DNA of 64,000 nucleotides from Clostridia bacterium (GCA_017519405.1 JAFWSH010000006.1:9284-73283); one strand, 5' to 3'. Counted from the first letter of the stretch, positions 25,406-35,597 are shown. A program made the numbers and translations. Notes: a model not told the origin generated them from the sequence alone.

Positions 25406-26803
25406 TTACTCGGCGCTTTCGCCGCTGTCCTCGGCATCATCGTCGTCCAGATCAAAATCCGTATCCGCGGATCGGGTGTTACCCTTGCCCTTGTTGCGGA
25501 AGAAGAGGAACGCGCCGACTCCCGCGAGCAGCACAATCGCCGCCAGCGCCAGGATGGCCGTCATCTGATCCGGTCCTTCCTGCTTCTCTGTTTCCACGGA
25601 GACAGTTGTCGGCTGAGGAACGGCGGTGGGCTCCGGGGTCACGTAGATGATCTCCGGAGTCGGGGTCGGAACCTCCTCCTTCTCCTCATCGCTCATAAGC
25701 GCCAGCAGATCCCGCTCATCCACGAGGTTCAGGAAATGCGTCTCATACATTTCCGCGTCCTCATCGATGGGCTTGTCGTAGTCGATCACCAGGTAGAAGG
25801 TGTTGCCGCTCTTGCTTTGCAGGGTGATGAACTGCTTGTTTGTCGCGGCGGAGTACAATACATCGAGGGTATGAGAATTGCCATCCGCCAGGTAAGGCAT
25901 GCCGGGGCCAATGGTGATGTATTCCTTCTCAATGATCGGCTCCGGGGTAGGGGCAACAGTCGGCACCGCGGTAGCAACGGGGATATCCTCGTCGGAGACA
26001 TAGATCAGGGAACTTCCCAGACCCGGGCGTTCGGTGGCCGCAGGCAGTGTGGAATCATCCGGCTGCAGAACCGTTACAGGCGCAGGCGTCGCTTTTGTCT
26101 CTTCGGTCTCCTTTGTCGGAGCCGGCTTTTTCGTGGGCTTCACCGTTGCTGTGGGCTCCGGCGTGGGGTCCGCGGGCTTCTGATAATGCGGGTTGTCCAT
26201 GCTCACAGGATCCGAGAAATTGCCGGCGTAATCAAAAGCCCTGACCGCCAGCCGCTCGAACTGGTTCATCTCCTGATCCAGCTCCACATCCAGATCTCCG
26301 CCGGTCACAGTGGTGAACAGCATGCTGTTGACCTGCACGCCGGCAACACCGGACAGATCGTCCCGGATGTCAATGTGCAGCGTTGTGCCGTTGATCCCGG
26401 CGTTCACGACAGGCGGTGTCCGGTCAATGGTCGTAACCTCCGCGGTCTCCTCGCTGATCTCACCGTTGGGGCCGGTCACGCGGAGCGTAAAGGTGCCGTT
26501 CTCATACACGGTGATCTCCGCCTTGTTCTGATCAAACAGATCCTCGCAGTCTGACCAGCTGCCCTGATTCAGGCGGTATTCGATCTTCTGCCAGCCAATA
26601 CTGTCCGGATCATTGACCGTCGCCCTGATCACCGCGCCCTGACCGTCTGTCCAGCCGCCGGGTGCCGTCAGCACAATCCGGTAGGGCGAAACGCCCTCGG
26701 CGCTGACCGTGTATACAGAAGCAAGAAGCGTGAAAGCCAGCAGCAGAATAACCCACGGCCAGACCTTACGCACGTTCATCGTCAATGGAATCATCCTCCT
26801 CAT
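25406..26803 (-). CDS. DUF4366 domain surface/membrane protein
   Basis: N-terminal signal/TM VWPWVILLLAFTLLASVYTVSA. GNTFYLVIDYDKPIDEDAEMYETHFLNLVDERDLLALM is the DUF4366 signature. C-terminal TM AILALAAIVLLAGVGAFLFF. Start uncertain (ATG 26803, 26794 or 26779). Confidence 0.75.
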   Translation of the reverse strand: MRRMIPLTMNVRKVWPWVILLLAFTLLASVYTVSAEGVSPYRIVLTAPGGWTDGQGAVIRATVNDPDSIGWQKIEYRLNQGSWSDCEDLFDQNKAEITVYENGTFTLRVTGPNGEISEETAEVTTIDRTPPVVNAGINGTTLHIDIRDDLSGVAGVQVNSMLFTTVTGGDLDVELDQEMNQFERLAVRAFDYAGNFSDPVSMDNPHYQKPADPTPEPTATVKPTKKPAPTKETEETKATPAPVTVLQPDDSTLPAATERPGLGSSLIYVSDEDIPVATAVPTVAPTPEPIIEKEYITIGPGMPYLADGNSHTLDVLYSAATNKQFITLQSKSGNTFYLVIDYDKPIDEDAEMYETHFLNLVDERDLLALMSDEEKEEVPTPTPEIIYVTPEPTAVPQPTTVSVETEKQEGPDQMTAILALAAIVLLAGVGAFLFFRNKGKGNTRSADTDFDLDDDDAEDSGESAE

Positions 26804-27116
26804 CGGGAATCTCTTCTTCCGCGCCGGTCAGGGGACTTGCCGCCGTTTCCATCATGGGCACAGACGGCACCGGCCGATCGCGTTCGCCCTTCATGATCTG
26901 CATGATCTCGTCAAACATCTCAGGGGTCACATGATACAGGGCAGCCGTGGCGTTGATCGCCGTGAAGTCCGCCTGCTTTACCCGTTCGCGCAGTTCCTGC
27001 ACCTCATCCTGAAGTTCCCGCAGCTCCTGCTCCTTTTTCTCCAGCAGTGCGTGCAGCTTCAGGCGGTCCGAAGGGTATCTCTTCTTCTTGTTCTCGTTAT
27101 TCTGGTTTTCGTTCAT
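26766..27116 (-). CDS. DUF4315 family protein
   Basis: GAGGTGG 6 nt before ATG 27116. Coiled-coil KLHALLEKKEQELRELQDEVQELRERVKQADFTAINATAALYHVTPEMFDEIMQ is typical of DUF4315. Confidence 0.7.
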   Translation of the reverse strand: MNENQNNENKKKRYPSDRLKLHALLEKKEQELRELQDEVQELRERVKQADFTAINATAALYHVTPEMFDEIMQIMKGERDRPVPSVPMMETAASPLTGAEEEIPDEEDDSIDDERA

Positions 27117-27126
27117 TCAGTCCACC

Positions 27127-27828
27127 TCAGTCGATGGGCAGCCGGCCATAGGCATAGATTTTCTTGGCCCACTGCCCGTTCTTCAGGTCCGCAAACCCTA
27201 CCGGGTCGCCAGCATGGATCATCATGCCATTGCCCACATAGATCCCCACATGAGTGATGCCCTTCGTATTGCCCATGGTTTTCTCGAAGAATACCAGGTC
27301 TCCGGGGCGCACTTCCTCAGCCGGAATATCCTCGCAAACACCGTACAGCCCAGAAGCGCCAAGACGCTTGGTCTTGTAAACCCCGGAGTGATTGAACACC
27401 CAGCAGACGAACCCGGAGCAGTCAAAGCCCGTGTCCGGGCTGCCTGCGCCGTACACGTAGGGATAGCCGATATACTTCTCCGCCTCGATCATCAGGGCGA
27501 GGAAATCCGGATCCGCCGCAAGCAGCTGCTCTGGGATGGTGTACCTCACAAGCTTGCCTTTGGACTTCACACCGTTTACTTTGACGTTGCTCTTGCCTGC
27601 GGAGCTGATCACGGGAAACTCGTACTCATCCTCGTCATCAAGCATGAAGAATTCCGGATCGTCGAGGATGACGTAGGCGTCGCCCCAGTCTTCTTCCTCC
27701 TCAAATCCTTCGGCGTAACCGCTCATCCCGGGCACCAGGGCAGACATCAGGATCATGGCGAGCAGCAGAGCAACGAACCGCTTCGCGGTGAACATGGTGA
27801 AATCATACTTTCTCAGAATCATGGTCAT
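27127..27828 (-). CDS. NlpC/P60 (C40) cell-wall peptidase
   Basis: AAGGAG before ATG 27828. TM/signal FVALLLAMILMSALVPGMSGYA. GYPYVYGAGSPDTGFDCSGFVCWVF (catalytic Cys) and HVGIYVGNGMMIHAGDP (His). Confidence 0.85.
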   Translation of the reverse strand: MTMILRKYDFTMFTAKRFVALLLAMILMSALVPGMSGYAEGFEEEEDWGDAYVILDDPEFFMLDDEDEYEFPVISSAGKSNVKVNGVKSKGKLVRYTIPEQLLAADPDFLALMIEAEKYIGYPYVYGAGSPDTGFDCSGFVCWVFNHSGVYKTKRLGASGLYGVCEDIPAEEVRPGDLVFFEKTMGNTKGITHVGIYVGNGMMIHAGDPVGFADLKNGQWAKKIYAYGRLPID

Positions 27829-27893
27829 CTTCTCCTTCCGGCTGCCTGGCAGCCGCAAATAAGGCAGGGCCTGTTTCAGACTCCTGCCGTTTG

Positions 27894-29825
27894 TCAGTAC
27901 GGGACACGCCCGTAGGAATGGAAGTGTTTGCGCCAGTAGGAATCGTTCAGGTTGGCATAGCCGATGGGGCTGCCACAGTGGATCATCATGTTGTTGCCAA
28001 CATAGATGCCGCAGTGTGTGATGCCGGCCACGTCATCGCCCATAGTACCGTCGAAGAACACGATATCCCCGGGGCGCACATCCTCCGGCAATACATTCCG
28101 GCACAGGCTTCGCAGGCCTTTGGCTCCCAAGCGGCCCGTGTTGTACACACCGCTGTTGGTGAAGACGTAGCTGACAAAACCGGAACAGTCAAAGCTGGTT
28201 TCCGGATCAGAGCCGCCCCACACATAGGGATAGCCGACGTACTTGTTGGCTTCTTCCATGAGGCGGGCGAAGGTGGGATCCGCGTCCAGGGTGGCTTGCG
28301 GGATGTCATACAGCATCGGGTCTCTGAGCGGGGTGGCATGGCCGCCCCGGAAGATGCCTTCCATGTTGCCGTGGGTGCCCATGTACAGGGCGTACATGCT
28401 CATCATGTGATGACTCATGCTGACCACCGGCAGATGGGACAGATCCTTGTTCTCCAGCGTGACATTGCAGATGGTGTAGGTATAAGGAACGCTCTCACCG
28501 TTCACCGTCCGATAACGGGTCTGGGTGGTTACGGTCTCCCTTACCTGGTACTGCAGGTCAAAATACTTGTTGATGACAGGCATGGCCGAGTCGATATCCC
28601 ACTGTTCGCCGTCATGGTACGCGGAGATGATCGCGATCAGCACATAGGGATCATGCCAGATTTCATCCGCGTCGACATGGTACTCGTCATACCCGGGATG
28701 ATACCGGCTGTAGTGATCCATCTCATCCTTCAGCGCTCTTTCCTTGTCCGCGTAGGCACGCTCAGCAGCCCTGACATCCGCTTCCTCAGCCGGATAGGTG
28801 CCGATCACGATGGATTCCAGCACGGCCTGTACCAGCGGGCTGCAGGACTGCAGGGCACTGACCAGGAAAAGAAGCATGGCACCCAAAGCCAGAATGACCA
28901 GGATGGTCGGATGCTTGCGGACCGTATCCACCGCTTTGCCCGCGACCTCACTGGTCTTTTCAGCCGCCTTGTCAGCGGCTTTGGCTGTCGTGTGAACGGA
29001 GCCTTTTCCGCGTTTGGCGGCGGCATACTCCCGGCGGATCGCCCGCTTCTGCTGCCAGCGGGAATAGGGATTGCTGGTGAACTGCGGATGTTCCTGCTGA
29101 CGTTTGGCTTCCAGAAATCGGATGTTCGCCTGATCCAGCTTCTTTTCGGCTTTCTCTGCCTGCCGGTAGTGCCGCACGTTCTTCGCGTGATAGGCATGCT
29201 CACCGGCCTGCAGGGCAGTTTCCCTTACGTCGTCGGCTTTCAGGACAGCGTCGACCGCCGCGTTGTCATCCTCGTTGGCTTGCGCGACCTGCCGGTGCAG
29301 CTGATCTCCCGCGGTCCGGATGGTCTTTTCAACGGAGTGCGTCAGGTGAGAAGGCTTTTTCTCCCGGGTCTCCTCGAACTTCAGCCCGACTGCCTTCCTG
29401 CTTGCGGGGGCATCTGAACCGGTTTTTAGATTGCCGCCGCTCTTTCCGCCGGTCGTGGCGACAGGCTTCTTCGTGCCGGAGGCCGCTTGCGGAGCAGGGG
29501 TGTCAGGCTGTGCCGGATTCGATTTTGCTCCTGGCCGCTGCCGGGTGTTCCGGACAGCGGGGGCCTGGGGATCAGTACGCTCACCAGGAACAACACCCTC
29601 AGGCACGCCAGCAGCAGGCTCCGGCATGGGTTCAGCCGCAGGAGCCGGTTCAGCCTCTTCACGGGACAGCCTCAGCCGGTAGTGCTTCTTCAGCTTCTTC
29701 CGGGCTTTATCATACCTGTCCGCTGCCTTCTCCGCTCTCGCGATGGGGCGGGAAAGCGCGTCGTTCTCCAGCTCCTCTTTGGAGAACTGGAGGCGAGGAG
29801 AACCCCTGTTATGCTGCTCATCCAT
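27894..29825 (-). CDS. CD1108-type mobile-element protein with C-terminal NlpC/P60 peptidase domain
   Basis: Long charged N-terminus, TM (ILVILALGAMLLFLVSAL), C-terminal GYPYVWGGSDPETSFDCSGFVSYVF ... HCGIYVGNNMMIHCGSP. Confidence 0.8.
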   Translation of the reverse strand: MDEQHNRGSPRLQFSKEELENDALSRPIARAEKAADRYDKARKKLKKHYRLRLSREEAEPAPAAEPMPEPAAGVPEGVVPGERTDPQAPAVRNTRQRPGAKSNPAQPDTPAPQAASGTKKPVATTGGKSGGNLKTGSDAPASRKAVGLKFEETREKKPSHLTHSVEKTIRTAGDQLHRQVAQANEDDNAAVDAVLKADDVRETALQAGEHAYHAKNVRHYRQAEKAEKKLDQANIRFLEAKRQQEHPQFTSNPYSRWQQKRAIRREYAAAKRGKGSVHTTAKAADKAAEKTSEVAGKAVDTVRKHPTILVILALGAMLLFLVSALQSCSPLVQAVLESIVIGTYPAEEADVRAAERAYADKERALKDEMDHYSRYHPGYDEYHVDADEIWHDPYVLIAIISAYHDGEQWDIDSAMPVINKYFDLQYQVRETVTTQTRYRTVNGESVPYTYTICNVTLENKDLSHLPVVSMSHHMMSMYALYMGTHGNMEGIFRGGHATPLRDPMLYDIPQATLDADPTFARLMEEANKYVGYPYVWGGSDPETSFDCSGFVSYVFTNSGVYNTGRLGAKGLRSLCRNVLPEDVRPGDIVFFDGTMGDDVAGITHCGIYVGNNMMIHCGSPIGYANLNDSYWRKHFHSYGRVPY

Positions 29826-29974
29826 CAGGCATCGACCTCCTTATGCTCCCGCTGCCATTCCTCGAAGAGCGCTTCTTCCCGCCGGTCAGCTTCAGATGCC
29901 GCGGCACAGAGGGCCCACATCATCAGGCCAAACAATGCGGCCGCGGGAATCGCAATGATGAGAAATACCGTCAT
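29825..29974 (-). CDS. 49-aa single-pass membrane protein (below the ORF-track size cut-off)
   Basis: GAGGAGG 6 nt before ATG 29974. MTVFLIIAIPAAALFGLMMWALCAAASEADRREEALFEEWQREHKEVDA. Its TGA overlaps the ATG of the downstream gene (TGATG at 29823-29827). It fills the otherwise empty 160-nt gap between virB4 and the CD1108-type gene. Confidence 0.6.
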   Translation of the reverse strand: MTVFLIIAIPAAALFGLMMWALCAAASEADRREEALFEEWQREHKEVDA

Positions 29975-29985
29975 GCGCGTCCTCC

Positions 29986-32415
29986 TCAGCTCCCAGCGGC
30001 ATGCACCTCGGTGGGCTTGGTGGTCATGATGCTGTAGAGCTTCGTATTCTTGGGGAACCGGTCCTGGAAAGGCAGGATCACATTACCGTAGAACAGCAGT
30101 CCTTCACCTTCGCCGCTCTGGGTCACATACGACAGCTGATGCGGTGAAATACCCAGCTTCTTCGCCAGAATCTCACGGTCGCCAGCGGCCTGGTTGAGCA
30201 TGTAGATGTAGTCGCTGTTCTCAAAGATGTTCTCGATCTCCTGACTGGCCAGCAGATCCTTCACATTCTGTGTGATCCCAGTGGGAATTCCGCCCCACTT
30301 GCGGAAGCGCTTCCAGATCTCCACGCTGTAGGCAGCCGTCTGCTCCTCCTTCAGGAGCAGATGGAACTCGTCCATGTAGTAGCGGGTGGACTTGCCTTCG
30401 GCCCGGTTTTCGGTGACGCGGCCCCAGACCTGATCCTGCACGATCAGCATGCCCAGCTTTTTCAGCTGCTTGCCCAGTTCCTTGATGTCGTAGCAGACAA
30501 GACGATTCTGTACATCCACGTTTGTCCGGTGATTGAACACATTGAGTGAACCAGTCACGTAGATTTCCAGCGCTGTCGCCAGGGACTGTGCTTCCTTTTC
30601 CTCCTGCTGCCGCAGGGCGTTGTACAGATCCTCCAGGATCGGCACATTCTCCGGGCACGGATGGTTCAGGTAGGGCTGATAGATGATGTGCACCGCGCGG
30701 TCGATAATGGTCTTTTCAATCGGCTGAAGCCCATCCCGGCCGCCGACAATCAGCTCACACAGCGACAGGATGAAGTCGGATTTCAAGGACAGCGGGTTCT
30801 CATCGTCCGAATAGTTCAGGTTGATGTCCATCGGATTGATGTACGAATCACTGGTGGGCGAAATCCGGATGACCTGACCATGGAACATGTTGACCAGCGG
30901 GTAATACTCGCCCTCGGGGTCGCAGATGATCACGTCATCGTCCGTCAGCAGGATCACATTGGCAATCTCACGCTTTGCGGCGAAGGATTTGCCGGAACCG
31001 GGCGTGCCGAGAATCAGGCCGTTGGGGTTCTTCAGCCATTTCCTGTCCACCATGATCAGGTTGTTGGACAGGGCATTCAGGCCGCAGTACAGGGCTTCCT
31101 TGCTGGTCTGGAACAGCTCCTGTGTGGTGAAGGGCACAAAAATAGCGGTTGACGATGTGGTCAGACCGCGCTGAATGTGGACCATGTTGTGCCCCAGGGG
31201 CAAGCAGGACACCATGCCGGCCTCCTGCTGGAAGTCCAGAGGAATCAGCTGGCAGTTGTGCTGCTGCGCCAGACTCTGCGCCTGTTTCACATTCAAGCTG
31301 AGCTGCTTTTTGTTGTCAGCCGTATTCATCACCAGGAAGGTGATGAGGAACATGCGCTCATTCCGACTCTGCAGATCTTCCAGCAGCTTCTTGGCTTCGC
31401 CGCCGTAGGTGGCCAGATCACTGGGGATGATGTCCATATCGTAGCCGGCACGGACTGCCTTTTTCTGTTCCTCAATCTTCATCTTGTCCAGGTCGGTGAT
31501 CTTCCGCTTCACATCCTTGATAGCCGCCACCTGGTCGATCGCCTGGATATGCAGCGAAACGATCAGGCTGGATTCCATCGCCAGGAAATCCGCCAGACAC
31601 CGGTCGTTCAGGTCGGCAGCCAGAATCGAGAAGAAGCTGACTTCACCCTGCTTGCTGCCCATGCCGAAAGTGTTCTTCTGCCGGAAATCGAAGGAGGCCG
31701 GCGCGATGAAGTCTTTGGTGGACAGTCCCGTCGGGGCCAGCCATTTCCAGTCGAACTGGAAGGGGGCCTGGGTGTCCATGTGAAACATGCCATGCATGAG
31801 CTTCAGGCGTTCCCGTCCATCCAGCGGGCTTGCCGCCACACCCAGCCGCTTGAAGTTGTTCAGAAGATCAATCTCAATGCGCTCCAGCCGTGGCTTGGCT
31901 GCCTTGTAATTCTCCGCGTCAATGCCGAAGGTGATGAACTTGGTCTTCGTCAGGCCGTTGTTGCCCTTGGCCAGCTGGCTCTGCAGCATTTCGGCGTACT
32001 CGTGCCGGACATCGTTGAAGCCATCATCCCGGTCAGGAATCACAATGCTCTGCTCGAAGGTTTCCGGACTGGCTGTCAGGTTCAGGAAGGAAAACTGCAG
32101 GTGAATGCTGGAATCGAAATAGTTCAGGAAATCACACCAGCCCTCAAAGATCGAGGTCTTGTCATCGTTCTGGGCCAGCTGGTAATTGATATCCTGGAAC
32201 TGAATGGTCTTGGTATAGTAGCTGTCCGTGACCCGGCAGATGCCATCCGGCCACATCCGCTGATACGGAATGGTTGCCTGGGCAGTGCGCGGGCCCTTCT
32301 TCGTCTGCCGCTGATTCCGGGCCATGAGCTCCTGCAGCTGCTTTTTCTCTGACCGGGTAAGGCGGAGCTTCCTGCCCTCCGCCTTTTCCCGGCCCCTCTC
32401 ATTTGTCTTTGCCAT
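29986..32415 (-). CDS. virB4: VirB4-like conjugal transfer ATPase (CD1110-type)
   Basis: 809 aa. Walker A GTPGSGKSF, Walker B-like RYYMDEFHLLL. Position after prgI-like gene with overlapping stop/start. Confidence 0.9.
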   Translation of the reverse strand: MAKTNERGREKAEGRKLRLTRSEKKQLQELMARNQRQTKKGPRTAQATIPYQRMWPDGICRVTDSYYTKTIQFQDINYQLAQNDDKTSIFEGWCDFLNYFDSSIHLQFSFLNLTASPETFEQSIVIPDRDDGFNDVRHEYAEMLQSQLAKGNNGLTKTKFITFGIDAENYKAAKPRLERIEIDLLNNFKRLGVAASPLDGRERLKLMHGMFHMDTQAPFQFDWKWLAPTGLSTKDFIAPASFDFRQKNTFGMGSKQGEVSFFSILAADLNDRCLADFLAMESSLIVSLHIQAIDQVAAIKDVKRKITDLDKMKIEEQKKAVRAGYDMDIIPSDLATYGGEAKKLLEDLQSRNERMFLITFLVMNTADNKKQLSLNVKQAQSLAQQHNCQLIPLDFQQEAGMVSCLPLGHNMVHIQRGLTTSSTAIFVPFTTQELFQTSKEALYCGLNALSNNLIMVDRKWLKNPNGLILGTPGSGKSFAAKREIANVILLTDDDVIICDPEGEYYPLVNMFHGQVIRISPTSDSYINPMDINLNYSDDENPLSLKSDFILSLCELIVGGRDGLQPIEKTIIDRAVHIIYQPYLNHPCPENVPILEDLYNALRQQEEKEAQSLATALEIYVTGSLNVFNHRTNVDVQNRLVCYDIKELGKQLKKLGMLIVQDQVWGRVTENRAEGKSTRYYMDEFHLLLKEEQTAAYSVEIWKRFRKWGGIPTGITQNVKDLLASQEIENIFENSDYIYMLNQAAGDREILAKKLGISPHQLSYVTQSGEGEGLLFYGNVILPFQDRFPKNTKLYSIMTTKPTEVHAAGS

Positions 32416-32773
32416 GAAGGATCTTATTTACCTCCTGTCGGTTACGGATGTTCTGCTCCACCGTTGCGTAAAAGTTGTCCGTCTCGTACACCCGCGTCCG
32501 GGGCCGGACGAAGCGGGCCTGGACGTAGTGCTTCAGGAGAACCTCCAGGGGCTGTCCATGCCGCTCAAACATGGCGAACATGAAAAACGGCAGCATCACG
32601 ACGATCATGAGCGCTGCCGCCATGCTGACGCCGATGACGTTCTTGGTCAGGAAGAACAGAGGCACACCCACCAGCGCGCCCAGGCCGAAGCAGATGACCT
32701 GGCGCTTGGTCAGATTGAAGAGAAACTTGGATTTAACCCTTGTAAGGTCCTTGGGTACCGGCACATAGGCCAT
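32399..32773 (-). CDS. PrgI-family T4SS membrane protein
   Basis: MAYVPVPKDLTRVKSKFLFNLTKRQVICFGLGALVGVPLFFLTKNVIGVSMAAALMIVVMLPFFMFAMFE is a typical PrgI family N-terminus with two TM segments. Confidence 0.8.
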   Translation of the reverse strand: MAYVPVPKDLTRVKSKFLFNLTKRQVICFGLGALVGVPLFFLTKNVIGVSMAAALMIVVMLPFFMFAMFERHGQPLEVLLKHYVQARFVRPRTRVYETDNFYATVEQNIRNRQEVNKILHGKDK

Positions 32774-32776
32774 TTC

Positions 32777-32980
32777 TTATCCCTCCTTCCCACGTCGGGG
32801 CTGATTCCGCCAGCAGCAGTTGCGCTGCCTCTCCGGCAGGATCTTGCCCCGCTGATCCCGGCTGCCTTGCCGCTTGGGCTTGCGCTTCCGCAGCCGTCCA
32901 CGCTGCTTCTGCCTGCCCTTCGGCTCCGGCGGCTTCCCGAAGACGGAAGCGATACTGGTCGCTATTTTCATATTGCTCAT
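32777..32980 (-). CDS. 67-aa extremely basic small protein (hypothetical)
   Basis: GAGGAG 6 nt before ATG 32980. MSNMKIATSIASVFGKPPEPKGRQKQRGRLRKRKPKRQGSRDQRGKILPERQRNCCWRNQPRRGKEG. The longer 105-aa track ORF has no SD. Confidence 0.45.
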   Translation of the reverse strand: MSNMKIATSIASVFGKPPEPKGRQKQRGRLRKRKPKRQGSRDQRGKILPERQRNCCWRNQPRRGKEG

Positions 32981-32996
32981 CGTTTGCTCCTCAGGC

Positions 32997-33866
32997 TTAA
33001 TGGGCGTTAAAGATGGACTTCGCCACACTGCTGGACTTGAACAGCGTGAAACACAACAGCACCGTGTAGCCAATGCATGTCCAAAGCGCCGCACTCACAT
33101 CGCTGCCCACGCTGATGCCCTGCACCAGTACCGCGTAGATGCCGACACAGACCATGATCAGGAAAGCCTGGAATCCCAGCGCGAACAGGGAACGCAGGTA
33201 GTTCTGTCCCATCTGGCCCCATTCCCGGTTCACCATGGTCGCCATGGGGATCGGGGCAACGGAGGTCACCATGTAGATCTCGATCATGCGTCCATAAACG
33301 ATGATGAAGATGCAGATGCTGAGAACCCACGCGATAATGCCCATGAGGGAAGACTGGAACCACAATCCGAACAGCGGGCCGATGTCCATCTCCATGAGCC
33401 GGGCTTCCATGTCTCCCAGGATCGTTGACACATCCAGCGCGGTCTCTCCGATGATCACGCCCGCCGCCTGACTGACCACATGCTGCGCGACGTCAAATAC
33501 GGCCATCACGATGTTCCAGGTGTTGGTGACGATGAGCACAGCCGCAAAAGTCTTGATGATCCATTTGAAGAAAATGAACGTCTCAAACTCGTGCATGTTG
33601 TTGCGGTCGATCAGGAGCTGGATAAGCTCCATGCACATGACGAAGGTCAGGATAATGCCCGCAATAGGCACCACCACGTTTTCCGAAAGGGTCCGGATCA
33701 TGCTGAAGATGCTGCCGTTCCACGCCTGGGGCGTCTTGCCCACAGTGGAAGCCACATCGGCCACACGGGTATTGATGCTGTCAAACAGCCCGGAAAGGTT
33801 GCTGACAATGCCGCCGACCAGGAGCCCTTTCAGCCATTCTGTGATCTTGTCCCATATGAAGTTCAA
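32997..33866 (-). CDS. VirB6/TrbL-like polytopic T4SS membrane protein (CD0415/CD1112-type)
   Basis: 289 aa, about 6 TM segments. N-terminus MNFIWDKITEWLKGLLVGGIVSNLSGLFDSINTRVADVASTVGKTPQAWN is typical of this family. Confidence 0.8.
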   Translation of the reverse strand: MNFIWDKITEWLKGLLVGGIVSNLSGLFDSINTRVADVASTVGKTPQAWNGSIFSMIRTLSENVVVPIAGIILTFVMCMELIQLLIDRNNMHEFETFIFFKWIIKTFAAVLIVTNTWNIVMAVFDVAQHVVSQAAGVIIGETALDVSTILGDMEARLMEMDIGPLFGLWFQSSLMGIIAWVLSICIFIIVYGRMIEIYMVTSVAPIPMATMVNREWGQMGQNYLRSLFALGFQAFLIMVCVGIYAVLVQGISVGSDVSAALWTCIGYTVLLCFTLFKSSSVAKSIFNAH

Positions 33867-33933
33867 AGGGCATCCCTCCTAAAAGCCCCCTCCCGCGGGC
33901 TGCGGGAGAGGGCGGTTGGTGCTGCGAGAGGCA

Positions 33934-34149
33934 TCAGCCGAAGAGACCGCTCAGCAGAGGAACGAGGGTGGTGCCGATCAGGGCGACACCGCCGCCGGCC
34001 ATCAGCTGCTTGATACCCTGGGACTTGGCACCGGGGTTATCGTTGCCGTAACCTTCCAGCAGATTGATGACGCCCCAGATGCCGAGACCGGCACCGATGG
34101 CAATCACAAGCGTCTGCAGCACAGTGACGGCAGAGGAGAAAAAAGCCAT
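33934..34149 (-). CDS. Maff2-family small membrane protein
   Basis: GGAGG 7 nt before ATG 34149. MAFFSSAVTVLQTLVIAIGAGLGIWGVINLLEGYGNDNPGAKSQGIKQLMAGGGVALIGTTLVPLLSGLF is Maff2. Confidence 0.8.
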   Translation of the reverse strand: MAFFSSAVTVLQTLVIAIGAGLGIWGVINLLEGYGNDNPGAKSQGIKQLMAGGGVALIGTTLVPLLSGLFG

Positions 34150-34283
34150 ACACATACCTCCTTGTACGTGAAAGGGCCGCCGTTTCCGGCAGCCCAGGTG
34201 GAATGAATGCCTGTTCGGACTGGCAGCGCTCTTCACTGCCACGACAGGCGTATTATCTGGTTATTCAGTTGTTGGCAGGACCA

Positions 34284-35597
34284 TCAGAGCAGGTTGTCAT
34301 ACCCGTCTGTCAGCAGCGTATCGTCCGTCATATCCTCCAGAAGCGCCTCTTCATCCTCTTCTGTTACATCCATCTCCCAGACCTGGCTTTCTTCCTCCAG
34401 GCGTAGTTTCATCTGCCGGTGCAGATAGCTTTCGATGTGGAAGGCGTTCTTTGGATCGGAATCTGACAGATACCGGTAGTTGGGGTGTGCCGTGATGTCA
34501 TACTTGTCCGACAGGAAGGGCCGAACGCCGCGCAGCTGCAGAATGCACTTCCCGCCGTCCATCACAGCCAGCTCATCCATGGACATCAGGCTCTTGCCGA
34601 GCTTCTGGTAGTTCAAGCTGTGGGAGATTTCCCGGCCCCGGCTTTCACCGGTATTGAAGGTGTCGATGGTTTCCTTGCCCAGCAGTTCTTCCATCTCCTT
34701 CAGGGTGGTCTTTTCCTTTCCGCCCAGGAACAGCAGCGTATCGCAGTTGCCCACAATGGTATCCGCGTTGTCCTTGTAGATGGCTTTCAGCTGGGACTGG
34801 GCCTGCAAGACGATGCACGCGGAGATCTCCCGGCTGCGGATGGTGGCGATGAGCTTTTCAAAGTTCGGAATCTGTCCGATATTGGCAAACTCATCGATCA
34901 GGCACCGCACATGCACCGGGAGCCTGCCGCCGTAGACATCATCCGCCTTCTCGCAGAGCAGGTTGAACATCTGACTGTAGGCCATGCTGATCAGGAAATT
35001 GAAGCTGGCGTCCGTGTCGGACATGATCAGGAACAGGGCTGTCCGCTGGTCACCGATGGTGTCCAGGTGCAGCTCATCATAGGCGGTGATGTCCCGCAGC
35101 TCCTGAATATCGAAGACCGCCAGGCGCGCGCCGCAGCTGACGAGTATGCTCTTGGCCGTCTTGCCGGCAGCCATCCGATACTTCGCGTACTGCCTGACGG
35201 CAAAGTGCCCCGGTTTCTCCCTGGCAAGCTTTTCAAAGGCCAGATCCACCTCATTCCGGAAGTCCTCATCGTCCTCCCGGACCTCCATCTTGTTCAGCAT
35301 ATCGATCAGCTCAGAGAAGTTCTGACGCTCCGGGGGCAATTCATAATGAATGTACCCAATCAGCGCGATGTAGAGCAACGTTTCCGCCTTCACCCAGAAA
35401 TCCTCGCCGGCCTTGCCTTCACCCTTGGTATTGGAGATCAGGACCGTGACCAGCTTCAGGATGTCCTTTTCACTGTGAATGTAGGCGAAAGGATTGTAGT
35501 GCATCGACTTGCCGAAATTGATCGTATTGAAGGCGCGCACGTCATATCCGGCGGCGACCAGAAGCTTGCCGGTTTCAACGATCAGGGTCCCTTTGGG
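34284..35597 (-). pseudogene. virD4: VirD4/TraG-type coupling protein (T4CP), C-terminal 437 codons, severed from its N-terminus by the nested transposon
   Basis: Frame reads (stop TGA 35598-35600) PKGTLIVETGKLLVAAGYDVRAFNTINFGKSMHYNPFAYI...RCLIDEFANIG. There is no start codon or SD at the point where homology begins. It continues exactly from ...IVVTDPKG of the fragment at 53355-53894. Confidence 0.85.
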
